From: Rhizodiscina lignyota
Taxonomy: Eukaryota
Direction of reading: 5' to 3'
Length of the DNA stretch: 64,000 bases
Assembly (NCBI GenBank): GCA_010015805.1
Contig: ML978134.1
Coordinates: 558,001-622,000 of the forward strand
The notes below the pieces were generated by a model. It ran no database searches, was not told the origin of the DNA, and was given only the letters and a program-made list of their open reading frames with translations. The position numbers were made by a program, and so were the translations under genes. Below are positions 39,002 to 49,988 of this stretch, in pieces. Position 1 is the stretch's first letter. Each line of letters starts with the position of its first letter.

Positions 39002-39064
39002 CGCAGCAGACGAACCAGACTCCGCAGCAGACGAAACAGACTTCACAGCAGACGTACCAGTTCT
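39002..39064 (+). repeat. Three 21-bp imperfect tandem repeats
   Basis: cgcagcagacgaaccagactc / cgcagcagacgaaacagactt / cacagcagacgtaccagttct. Confidence 0.85.
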
Positions 39065-39495
39065 TTAGGCATCGGATTGAACGGATGAATCTACACTGCA
39101 GAACACTGAACATACTTTATATAGTTTAAAGTGATCAAATGCCACAAATTCTGCACTATGACTGTATTAAGATTGGCTACTAGCTCCCACCATATATGTC
39201 GCACTGTAATTGATAGTACCGTAAATTCTCCTTCCTCTGACTACGTTTATTCTGAAGGTCTGGCCGTACGAGTATAGAACTGAAGTGAAGGCAAATTCAC
39301 AGTCTTAACTTTAGTAAGTACGTACACTTGAGGTTCTACATTATTCCTTTGCTACGCGCCCTTCAGATATGCAAAAAGCTCGTATTTGTACGCTGGAGTA
39401 ATAATGCTAAGCTGGGTCTCAAATGCTATCGCTTCCCTTCCCCAGTATTTACTAGACTCAACGCATCATTTCACTCTTTTTACAATTTTTCCCTC

Positions 39496-40158
39496 ATGGC
39501 ACCCCATCATTATAGCGAGCTGCCAGTAACAAGCACGTTTGATGGTCATGAAGAAGATGAGAAAACCCCCTGGGTGTCTCGGAAGCCTCCATCTTTTTAT
39601 CTACCAGCTGTTTCGGCCATATTAGCCATTGCTTTCGCCATCGCCATCACCCTCCTATTTTTAACAGGTCTGCCACTCAACAAATGTACCATTGAAAATG
39701 GCATGCCATCTGGAACCTCTCATACTAGAAACGAACCGCGATATCATAACTGTGGCTCGACACCTGACGAAGCCCGTGCTCGCGGGTGCCACTTCGAGGT
39801 CTTGATGGGTATCTGGCAACTCCCAGAATGCTTCGACGCCGAACTGCAAGAGGAATATCTTCACTATCGAAATTGGAAATGGTTCGAGGACGAGGCTATG
39901 ACTCGGGAGGTGCCAATGGAGGTATTGTCAAGAGGAGACCATACAATAGCCTGGGCGACGAATGAATTTCATCTGATACACTGTATGTATGTCTGGATAA
40001 AGCAGCATAAGGTGTATAAGTATGGAGGAAGCCTGGATCACGACTCTCAGAGCACTCACCACACAAGACATTGCGCGCATTATGCGTTGGAAGGGCCGGA
40101 ACCTATGACGCCTGTAAGAAATGGCTACCCAAATTGCACAAGAGTACATAGATCTTGA
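39496..40158 (+). CDS. Divergent DUF3328-like twin-HxxHC membrane-anchored oxidase #3
   Basis: Intronless. MAPHHYSEL..., TM helix, NCGSTPDEARARGCHFE...W..PECFD, FHLIHCMYVW (HxxHC 1) and HHTRHCAH (HxxHC 2). Confidence 0.75.
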   Translation: MAPHHYSELPVTSTFDGHEEDEKTPWVSRKPPSFYLPAVSAILAIAFAIAITLLFLTGLPLNKCTIENGMPSGTSHTRNEPRYHNCGSTPDEARARGCHFEVLMGIWQLPECFDAELQEEYLHYRNWKWFEDEAMTREVPMEVLSRGDHTIAWATNEFHLIHCMYVWIKQHKVYKYGGSLDHDSQSTHHTRHCAHYALEGPEPMTPVRNGYPNCTRVHRS

Positions 40159-40744
40159 AAATTGAAATATACTGTTACCTATTACACAGGAATTTGCTCA
40201 CCATGATGGCTATCCTCGTTTTTCAGCTTGTGAATGTGGGTCATAACCAACAGAAACCTCCCGTGACGAGAACGCGCCAATGCTTTCTAATGCAACAAAG
40301 CTAGTAAGGAGCTATAGGCATAGGTACTTTTGAATTAAAGACTACCCTTGTCCTTAATAGCTTTTGCGAACAGTCTCTGTCTACCATGCAATACTAACAT
40401 TCGCCTTGAGTGTTACGGAGGAGCGTCACTTTGAACAGCCTCGAAACCACCAGCCACAGCAGGCTACGAGAATACGTCTTCACTCGTAATAAATCACGTG
40501 GAATGGATCACTCAAAATCCCGGGCGAAGTAGATTTTGGTTGCCTGATGCGATTTGACGAGGTTGAAAACATGCGGTGAAAAACTCAGGCCTAGAATTGT
40601 GATTGATAGGCGCCACGTCGTCAAAGCTCAGCCTTCTGCACTGCCTTCATTTTCTCTGCCGCTCTGCAAGGCTGAACTCTACAATATTATTTCAACCGAA
40701 CGATCGCTCGCAGTGTGATACTCTCCTCGAATACGGTCCGAGTC

Positions 40745-43700
40745 ATGCGTCTTTTGCAATGCGTTAAGGCTGGCAAGTTTCAGCTGACCAGAGACTTTAT
40801 TCGTAACGATGAAATCCCGCCGTATGCGATCCTTTCTCACACTTGGACGGATGGAGAAGAGGTCACCTTTCAGGATCTAACCGAGGGCACTGGCAATGAC
40901 AAGGCTGGCTTTCAAAAGATTCGCTTTTGCGCAGAACAGGCTGAGCGCGACAATCTGCGATACTTTTGGGTTGACACTTGCTGCATCGACAAAACAAATA
41001 GTGTCGAGCTTCAAGAGGCTATAAATTCCATGTTCCGCTGTTACCAGAAAGCAGCTCGATGCTACGTCTATCTATCCGATGTCTCGACAGCGAAGCGGAA
41101 AGCAGGTAGTTTGTCGTCTGACCCGTCCGCCGAGTCTACGTGGGAATTGGCCTTGAAGGAGAGCAGATGGTTTACTCGCGGCTGGACCCTTCAAGAACTT
41201 CTTGCTCCTCTCTCTGTTGAATTCTTTTCTCGAGAGGGGAAGCGACTAGGTGATAAGAGAAGCCTGGAGCGGGAAATTAACGAGACAACGGGGATTTCTA
41301 TTTCAGCGCTTAAGGAAACTTGTTTGTCCGGGTTCAGTGTCCATGAGCGATTTAAGTGGGCAGAAAATCGAAGCACCACGCGCGATGAAGATCAGGCATA
41401 CTCGCTACTCGGCATATTTGGCATCCATATGTCGCTCATCTATGGTGAAGGAAAAGAGAGCGCGCTTAAGCGTCTTAGGGAGAAGATAGATAAACCGTCG
41501 AAAGGTACGCATCCAACCCACTACACAACGTCAGCGCTGATTAGCAACCCAGAACTCCACGACGCATTGCAGTGGCTATCGCCCGTGGACTTTGCTGCCG
41601 AGCAGTACGATATTATTAGTCGAAGACATGAACGTACCGGGCAATGGTTTCTCGACTCTACAAAATTCCAGAACTGGCTTCATGAAGGCGACAAGACGCT
41701 CTTTTGTCCGGGCATCCCAGGAGCTGGCAAGACAATAATGGCCGCTACTGCTATTGACCATATCTCGGCACTACCTGATAAGGTGGGATTGGCCCACATA
41801 TATTGCCGGTATAAAACGCAAGCCGATCAGAGCGTCTCGACCCTACTCGCCGCTCTCTTGAAGCAGCTAATACAGGGTAGACCGCAAACAGTGGCTGCGA
41901 CTACGCTCATCCAGCAGCATTTTGAACAGAGGAGACGGCCATCTCTTAACGAGTTGTTTGGAGCTCTGCAGTCTGTCTGTGCGGACTATCCGAAAGTGTA
42001 TATCGTCGTCGACGCATTGGACGAATGTGACGACAGACGTGGTGATCGGAGCACAATTGTCGATAAACTTGGTGACCTGCAGGCTGGAACAGACGTGCGA
42101 CTGTTAGTCACGTCTCGCTCGCTACCCGAGATTGACAACAAGTTTCAAGCGAGCCCTCGGCTGGAAGTCTACGCCAATAAGGAAGACGTGCGCCACTTTG
42201 TGGCGAGCCAGTTGTCACGTCTATCGAACCGCATCAAACGCGACGACGAGCTCAAGCGTGCTGTACAGAATAAGATTGTTGAAGCTGTCGATGGCATGTA
42301 CGTATTTTGGATTCTGCCTGCAGCGCGACCTTCTTGCTCACGAAACCCGTAGGTTCCTCCTCGCGCAACTCCATGTTGACTCGCTTCTTGATAAGTGGAC
42401 AAGACGCGAAGTGCTAACTATGCTGGACAAGCTATCGAAAAGATCAGCTGTCGGAGAGGCACTAGAAGAAGCCTATGGTGAGGCGATCAAACGGATCGAT
42501 GGGCAACGGTCTAGAGCTCGCTTGCTGGCGAAGCGCATTCTATCTTGGATAACGTATGCACGAAGACCGCTTACAACGACAGAGCTGTGTCACGCACTAG
42601 CTATCACACCAGGAGATAAGGCTCTGAATAACGACGACGTATATGACCCGGAAGATCTCATCTCCGTCTGTGCTGGGCTTGTCACTGTAGAGAGCAATAT
42701 CATCCGCCTTGTTCATTACACGACGCAGGAATATCTTGTCAGGGCATGTTTAGCATGGAACCAGGATGCTACGGAAGAGATAGCAGTAGCCTGTCTAACA
42801 TACTTGTCCTTTGACACATTCCAAAGCGGCAGCTGCACCAGCGACGAAAGCTTCCAATACAGGCTCACCGAGAATCCATTCTTCGACTACTCGGCGTCCT
42901 ACTGGAGTGAGCACGTACGACCGGTAGAGGACTTCCCTATTGTTTCCGATTTGGCACTAGTCTTCCTTTGCAATGAAGCATTAGTTGATTCTCACATTCA
43001 AGCTGCGTCGGTGTCACCGTTACGTTACAGACCCGAGAGTTTCAGTGAGGATTTACCAAGCCGAACAACTGGGATGCACCTTACGTCGAGTTATGGGCTA
43101 CTCTGTTTGACTGAGAGGCTCTTGAAAGGGGAGCAGGGACAGAGTGACGTCGAAATCGATGCAAAGGACTCGTACGGCTGCACGGCGCTGTGGAAGGCTG
43201 CATCGAACGGGCACGAGGCGATCGTTAAGCTGCTGCTAGACACTGGTAAGGTCGACGTCAATATAAAGGAGAGCTGGAGAGGCGACCGCACACCGCTATT
43301 AGAGGCTGTATCGAACGGGCACGAGGCGATTGTCAGGCTGCCGCTAGACACAGGCAAGGTCTATGTCAATACAAAGGACTCGAGTGGCCGGACGGCGCTG
43401 TGGGAGGCTGCATCGAACGGGCACGAGGAGATCGTCAGGCTGCTGCTAGACACAGGCAAGGTCGTTGTCGATATAAAGGACTGCTATAGCCAGACGCCGC
43501 TATGGAAGGCTGCATCGAACGGGCACGAGGCGATCGTCAGGATACTACTAGATACGGGCAAGGCCGACGTTAATATAAAGATGGACTGGGACGGCCGGAC
43601 GCCGCTATAGGAGGCTGCATCAGAGGGACATGAGGCGGTCGTTAGGCTACTACTAGACATAGACAAGGTCGACGTCGATGTAAAAAACCGGTTTGACCAG

Positions 43701-44081
43701 ACACCGCTATGGGTGGCTGCATCGAACGGGCACGAGGCGATCGTCAGGATACTACTAGATACGGGCAAGGCCGACGTTAATATAAAGATGGACTGGGACG
43801 GCCGGACGCCGCTATGGGAGGCTGCATCAGAGGGACACGAAGCAGTCGTTAAGCTACTACTAGACACAGGTAAGGTCGACGTCAATATAAAGGCCTACAG
43901 CTTGACGCCGTTGTCGGTAGCTGTATCGAATGGGCACGAGGCGATCGTAAGACTACTGCTGGATACGGGTAAAGTCGACGTCGATACGAAGGACCTGTAC
44001 GGCCAGACGCCGCTACGGGTGGCTACATCGAGGAGGTACGAGGCGATTGTTAAGCTGCTCGAAAATCGCGCCAGTGTATAG
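40745..44081 (+). CDS. NLR-type HET-NACHT-ankyrin protein with a premature stop in the ankyrin array
   Basis: HET domain (YAILSHTW, WVDTCCIDK, SRWFTRGWTLQELLAP); NACHT Walker A GIPGAGKT and Walker B IVVDALDEC; introns 41505-41552 and 42298-42352; about 8 highly similar ankyrin repeats; TAG at 43608-43610. Confidence 0.9.
43160..44060 (+). repeat. Highly conserved ankyrin-coding tandem repeats (about 102-108 bp units)
   Basis: Repeated ggctgcatcgaacgggcacgaggcgatcgt...ctagacacaggcaaggtcgac. Two near-identical blocks start at 43508 and 43715 (offset 207 bp). Confidence 0.9.
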
Positions 44082-47000
44082 TATATTCGGCCTAGTCTTA
44101 CAACCTATCATCCTACCCGCCTCCCTATCGTGTTGCCTTTCTTATATATCTCCAAGGTACTAGCTCAAATCCCGTTTGAGATGGCAACGGAATCCTCCAG
44201 TATTCGGCTAACAGATCTCGTTCCGTAATTATTAAAGCAATACCTGCTCTAAAACGGGCCTGGACAAGATGACGGCGATTTCAAAGTTGCCTCAGTGGCG
44301 GGGTTGCTGGTAACTCAGCATCGTAGAGATTAACTCTGATCCACGGCCTTTAGGGGAGCCATCCAGTCTCTTTATTAAAGAGAGTGAGTGAGAGGTTGGA
44401 GTCGCGGTCATAGAGGCGCATTCTGGAGGATATTTGGATGGAAGGCTGAGGCTTCGCGAGCTGGCGGTATCCCATGCTGGCCGAGCAGCTGCAGCATGCA
44501 GAGCTGCTCCACGACACTATAATGCCATATCGTTTGTAGTCTATTCGACACGGTAAGTCAAAGATGGTTGAGTCGAATAAGCATGAAGTGAGTCACGGAG
44601 AGCTTCTTATTTAAGCTAATCTGAATTAGGTAAGGTATATGTTAAGAGGTGCCGGTTAGTGCGGGGATAAAGCTCCGGAAGGCGATTCTGCACGCTCCTG
44701 TATTCCAACAGGAGAAATACTGGATGAGCTATCAATTCAAACACTGGCGAGCCATTGAGATGTGAAAATTACATTTGCAACATGATACATACGATATGAG
44801 AATGCACGTGATCTGGAGTAGAGCCACAGAACATTGCATCAGAACTTACCAGAATACTGCGACGCCTGCTGATGCCACTTGAGCGAGGATGAGGCTACAA
44901 AACTCTCGTGAGGGTCCAATTTCAAGACAGAGACTGAAGTGGCAGACTCCTCCGCACCCATTGCAACGGCTTCCTTCGGTTGAAGTTTCTGCTAGCCCGA
45001 GAGCCAGCCAGGGCGGCAAATTTTTTTGATAGAGTTTGCAGGCATAAGCGAATTTGCTAGTTAGCTAGAGTCAAGACAGTTCCGCATTCCAATTCATCAG
45101 AATGCTCCAGATCTCTCACCCTCCACCGGAAGGGCCTCCCGCTCCAGTCAGGAGTTGATTCGTGCCTGACTCAAGGGATGGGCCCCGTCAACCTGGCGAG
45201 CAAACTTAATCCTGCGCTCTGCAGATTCCCCAGAATCTTGAATGTCGATCGGCATGTGAGCAGGGTCTTCACCTCTCGTGAATGGAGTCGGCTCCGTCCT
45301 TGCGTGAGGCAATGGCAAGATGTATGCTGTCCAATGGCGCAAGGGCGACCCTTCATTCGGCTCCCTGCATTCGTCTCGGGAAGGCCAATCCAGAGGGTCC
45401 TGTGGCCGTGCCTTCGGAGATACTCCGATGAAGAAGGGAAACTGCGCCATTCATTGGCGACAGAGCTGTAGAGATCAGCAAAGGGCAGATATCACGGGAT
45501 AAAGTGAACTCAAAGAACGCTACGAGTGACGTAAGGCAGCCGCGAAATGATGACCGCATTGCGAAATTATGCTCAGATAAAAAGCAGGCGGAGAACACAT
45601 CCACAAGGGGGGCTGTCGCAAAACGCTATCTGTGCCACACCATGAATAGTCACAGGGGCAGCAAAATGAATGCTGCAGGGAGCTTACGGAGGGAGTACCT
45701 GTACATGCAATTAACTGTGGCTTCAATAGTTTAGATTCCAAACCAAGGCCCTTAGCTCCCAGGGTCGGAGGACAGCATCGAAAATGTGGCGAAACCCCGC
45801 ACTTTGCGGGCCATTCGCGCGGAATGGGATTCTTCAGTTTGCCATTCAAGCCCTGCATCTCCCCCGCTATTTCACCGAGTGGATACCTCGAGTCGGGGCG
45901 CTAAGCTCTCGTGAACCGAAAGTGGCAGAAGGATCGAAGTAACGCCGACTGGAGAGAGTGCAGTGCATTCGGGCATGGTATGGTGTTGCAAAGTCAACCT
46001 AACATCTGAAGCACCAGGATAGGACATCGATAGAGAAAGGATTCACAAATGACCTGAAGGTTGACAGATGATGGACGCATAAGACACGTTTGCAGTGCCA
46101 AATTGAAATCACTTCCGAACGGGAATGTCAGAAATCGAGATACACGGGTTCAACGTGCAGTCGCCTGACCAAGTTTTGAAGCGGTTGAGGGTTTCCCGAC
46201 AGGGTATCTCACGATGCAGCCTTGCTCGATCGGCACTGGCGTAGCAACCGCTCGCGCGAAAAACCTCGTGTGGCTGAAGTGGAGCAGTCAAGCCGCAATT
46301 ATTGGCCCATTACGAAAATGTCTTCGTCCCGCGTTGCCTTGTTCGTACATCATCCGCGTCCTCCTGACATCCAGGAAAAAGCAGAGCGCAATGCTCTACG
46401 TGGTTGTTCGGTTTCCACGACGGTGTGGTTTACACGGCAATTCATTAGGCTGTTGTGGACGCCCGACTTGAGCTGAAACTCACCGTGAAGGTGTGAAAAA
46501 CGTTAAGTCCGAGTATGGCACCGCCTCATCTCCGTCGATATCGCGACATGCCAGGCAATAGTAGATGAGGCACCATGGACGCGACTCAGGCCTCACGATG
46601 CGATCTGGAAAGGGTAGGGATCATCGCGGAGTTTCATGCTAGCTGGTGAAAGGATTGCTGACTGACAGCGAACGCATCCACGCACGAGATGGCATGCCCT
46701 GCATGAAAGCAACCCAGCCTTTCCTGTGTCATCACAATCCGATTCTGTGGCCTCGGAAACGGCACCGAAATTTCTGCAGCCCAGATTTCGTTTTCCTGTC
46801 CTCTTGCCGGCTGCTTTTTGCAGTCCCTGTGGTTCCTGGAGAAGAGTACCTCACGGGAGCTGCCAGAAGCGCAAACCCACAAAGTGCATTCCATCCGATA
46901 GCTGGGGTGCGCTGGTGCAACAAAACGAAAGCGAGTCGCAAGATGAATTTTGGGTGACTGTGCCTGAGCCACATCAGCGATCTCGCGAAAAAGTGACGGT

Positions 47001-48938
47001 GAGAAGGAGAAAATCAAGGAAACGGGGCGAAATTGCAGCAGCACAGATGATTGGGATCTGCCCGGGAAATGTCAAATGCGATGATTGAGCGGAGGCCATT
47101 GCTGGCATGCGCTGTCTGACAGAGGGGGGATGATCGAGATTCGACATGGGATTCGAGAGAGTGACGTTGGCGAAGGGCCGCTCGGCGAGACCCTGGATTG
47201 CCAGATCGCCAGCATATCTCTCGATCGAGCGCGCGAGTCACGTGCGCGGCCCCTGCCCCGCCCACGGTTGGGAAGTGGAAGTTAAGCTCGCGCCAGCGCT
47301 GCACGCACCTGGAAGGCGCGACGCAGGGTGCTGCCCGCTTACCTTCCAGGTTAGCTGCACGGGTCAATGATGTAATTGCATCGTGAGCAAAATCGAATGG
47401 AAGGAAGCACTCCCCTCCGCAAGTTTTCGGGAACGCGCGTGTTTCGACGAGCGCCTAGCGACAGAAGGGCAGCAGCTCTCGCCATGGCTGATTCGACCCC
47501 ACGCCAGCCTGGTGTGTCGAGAGTGTGTAGAGCGCAAACATCCACCCATTCACGCTCTGTCGAACAGCACTCCATCACCCGAAATCAAGGCTGATGAGCT
47601 GCACTCTTGCCGTATCGGCTCTGTTCGTTCCGGCGATGCTGCTGTTGCGCCTCGTCCTGTAACCTGCTTGTTGCGCTGGCTCTTCGCTGTGCGCCCTCGG
47701 TAAGTTGGTAACGCCCCAAGCAACACCAAGCATGGAAGATACGAAGTGACAGTGGACAGTGCTGCCCGAACAACTCGCCGAGCTCGAGCAAGCGCCCGAG
47801 AGGGAGGAAAGCAAAATTACGAGCGGCCCTGGCACGCAATGCCTGGAGTTGGACCGCGCGAATAGGCGACGCACGGGAGACGCGACAGGTTCCTGTACAT
47901 CGAGAGATCGAGGGCATCGCTCGATCTCGATCGAGTGCACAAGGATACCCGCCTGTCTGAGTCTCGGGCGTGAAAAGTGCCTTGGAAAGTTGGAAGCGGG
48001 GAGAACGGCCGACAAGCGGCGAAGTGGTGCAAAAAATTTCCTCTCAATGTGCTTTTCACTAGCTTCTCGCCGTCTGTCGTCGTCGTCGTAAAGTCGACCG
48101 CGCCGCCGTAAAGTCAGGACAGCTTGACGCTGAGCGGCGGGCGCAACTCCGAACGTTATCCAGGGTCCTCCTCTGGACGCCTCCCCTGCTCCGGGCCAAG
48201 TTCACACGCACGCGAGGAGTGGATCAGCCGGATGCGGCTAGCGCTTGGGTGAAGTCGGTGGCTTGCTGCCGGTGCTGATGGCTGATGCTGGAATGCGGCG
48301 TACATCATTGCGAAAAGCAGGCAAGCCGCTGTGGAGCTGTCCCGGCCTGCTTTTCTTAGCCACTATCCAGCCCTGCCCGTCCACGCCGTGCAAAATGCAT
48401 ATTCGAAATGCCATCTTCACCCACGAAACCCTGCGCCCCCGTCCTGCGCGCGCTGTTGCTCACTCCCCTCCCCTGCCCTGCCCACTTTCTTAAGGCCCGG
48501 CGCATCCAGCTCCTCGTCCCTCAAATGCGCTTATAAGCACGCGTGCGCACCCCTTCCCGCGTCATCCTGCGCGTTGCCCTGAGTAGCCTTGACCCATCTT
48601 CTTCGACTTGATATCTGCTATCCTCGCCTGCTGTCCGTCTGCATTGCACACCAGCAGCTGAACGTGCGCAACGCTGCCCATAGCACTAGACACCCCATCG
48701 TCACCGACTCCACGCCGCTCCTTTGGCCTCGTCGGCGGCTTTGGCTAGCGAATCCATTCTGGCGACCAATTGTCAGACGCCCATTTCCCTTGGTCCCTTG
48801 GAGCGCAGGCGGGTTACACAACGCGTCCGTTGCGCCCCGCCATTTCTGCGTTAAATAGGCCCGCCTCAGCTCTGCGCCAAATTCCACAAGCTCCTCGCTG
48901 CCTCGCCAATTCTCTCCCACTCCCGCTGCCTCTAGACC

Positions 48939-49988
48939 ATGGATGGGAGGAACTCTTTTGGTCGTCGTATTTCGTTGTTGAACGAGAGCGAGGGCCCCAC
49001 GCACATCAGCAGCAGTCGAAGCGACAGCAGCACTTCGGGCTCCAGCAACAGGCTTCCGTCGCTGCCGCGCTCTACCCATTCTCGAACGTCCAGCTACGCG
49101 TCCACGCCGGAGCTCTCGCCCCAGACCCCGCCCCTCTCCCGCAGCGACTCTTCGGATTCGAGAATCATGCAGATTCCTTCACCCATCACCCCCGACTTCT
49201 CGTTCGACGCGCCCTTCCCACCACAGCAGCAGCTGCCGTCGCCCTTGTTCTCGCAAAAGTCCTTTTTCCCGCAGCTGCCGAAGGACGCCCAGGCCATGGC
49301 CTACCCACCAATGCCGCAGCCAGGCTCTGCGTTTGCTTATCCCCCACCTCCAGTTCCAGCGCCAGCGCAGCAGCAAGCTTACATGCCTGCAACTGCTCCA
49401 GTTCCTGCGCCAGCCCCGGCCTCACCGTCCAAGTCGGAATCAAAGGCCGGATCTGCGGGTAAGCCAGCGTCGAAGAAGAACCACTACCCTTGCCCGATGG
49501 CAAAGCAGTACAACTGCCCCGACTACTTCACCACCTCAGGCCACGCAGCTAGGCATGCGAAGAAGCATACGGGCCGCAAGGATGCCGTATGCCCTGAATG
49601 CAACAAGGCCTTCACGCGGAAGGACAACATGGAGCAACATCGCAGGACCCACCAAAACGGCCGGAATTCACAGAAGGGGGACGACGTGTCCCAACCGCGG
49701 AAAGTAAAGGCTCCAGGAAGCAAGAGACCCAGGCCATCTCCATTGCAGCCAAACAGCACGATAGTACCGCCTATCGATCCAATGCTACCAACGAGCCCTG
49801 GTTCATCCATTGCATTCTCCGATGCTGCTTCACTTTCCCAATCCATGCAGCCACTGCAGAATTTCACTTCGCCATACATGGAGCCAATACCCTACCGCTA
49901 CGACCTTCCAACCAGCTTCACCGCGGGCCTTGACACGCTCGCAATAGTAGCAACAGGCGAAGACCGAAAGCGAAAATTCAATGGATAA
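48939..49988 (+). CDS. C2H2 zinc-finger transcription factor, Nrg1/CSP-1-like
   Basis: YPCPMAKQYNCPDYFTTSGHAARHAKKHTGRKDAVCPECNKAFTRKDNMEQHRRTH. The FTTSGH first finger is typical of the Nrg1 family. Pro/Ser-rich N-terminus. Confidence 0.85.
   Translation: MDGRNSFGRRISLLNESEGPTHISSSRSDSSTSGSSNRLPSLPRSTHSRTSSYASTPELSPQTPPLSRSDSSDSRIMQIPSPITPDFSFDAPFPPQQQLPSPLFSQKSFFPQLPKDAQAMAYPPMPQPGSAFAYPPPPVPAPAQQQAYMPATAPVPAPAPASPSKSESKAGSAGKPASKKNHYPCPMAKQYNCPDYFTTSGHAARHAKKHTGRKDAVCPECNKAFTRKDNMEQHRRTHQNGRNSQKGDDVSQPRKVKAPGSKRPRPSPLQPNSTIVPPIDPMLPTSPGSSIAFSDAASLSQSMQPLQNFTSPYMEPIPYRYDLPTSFTAGLDTLAIVATGEDRKRKFNG

Noticed and set aside
39002..39064. Repeats considered as a CRISPR-like array
   Set aside because: Eukaryotic context, contiguous repeats without spacers, and no cas genes.
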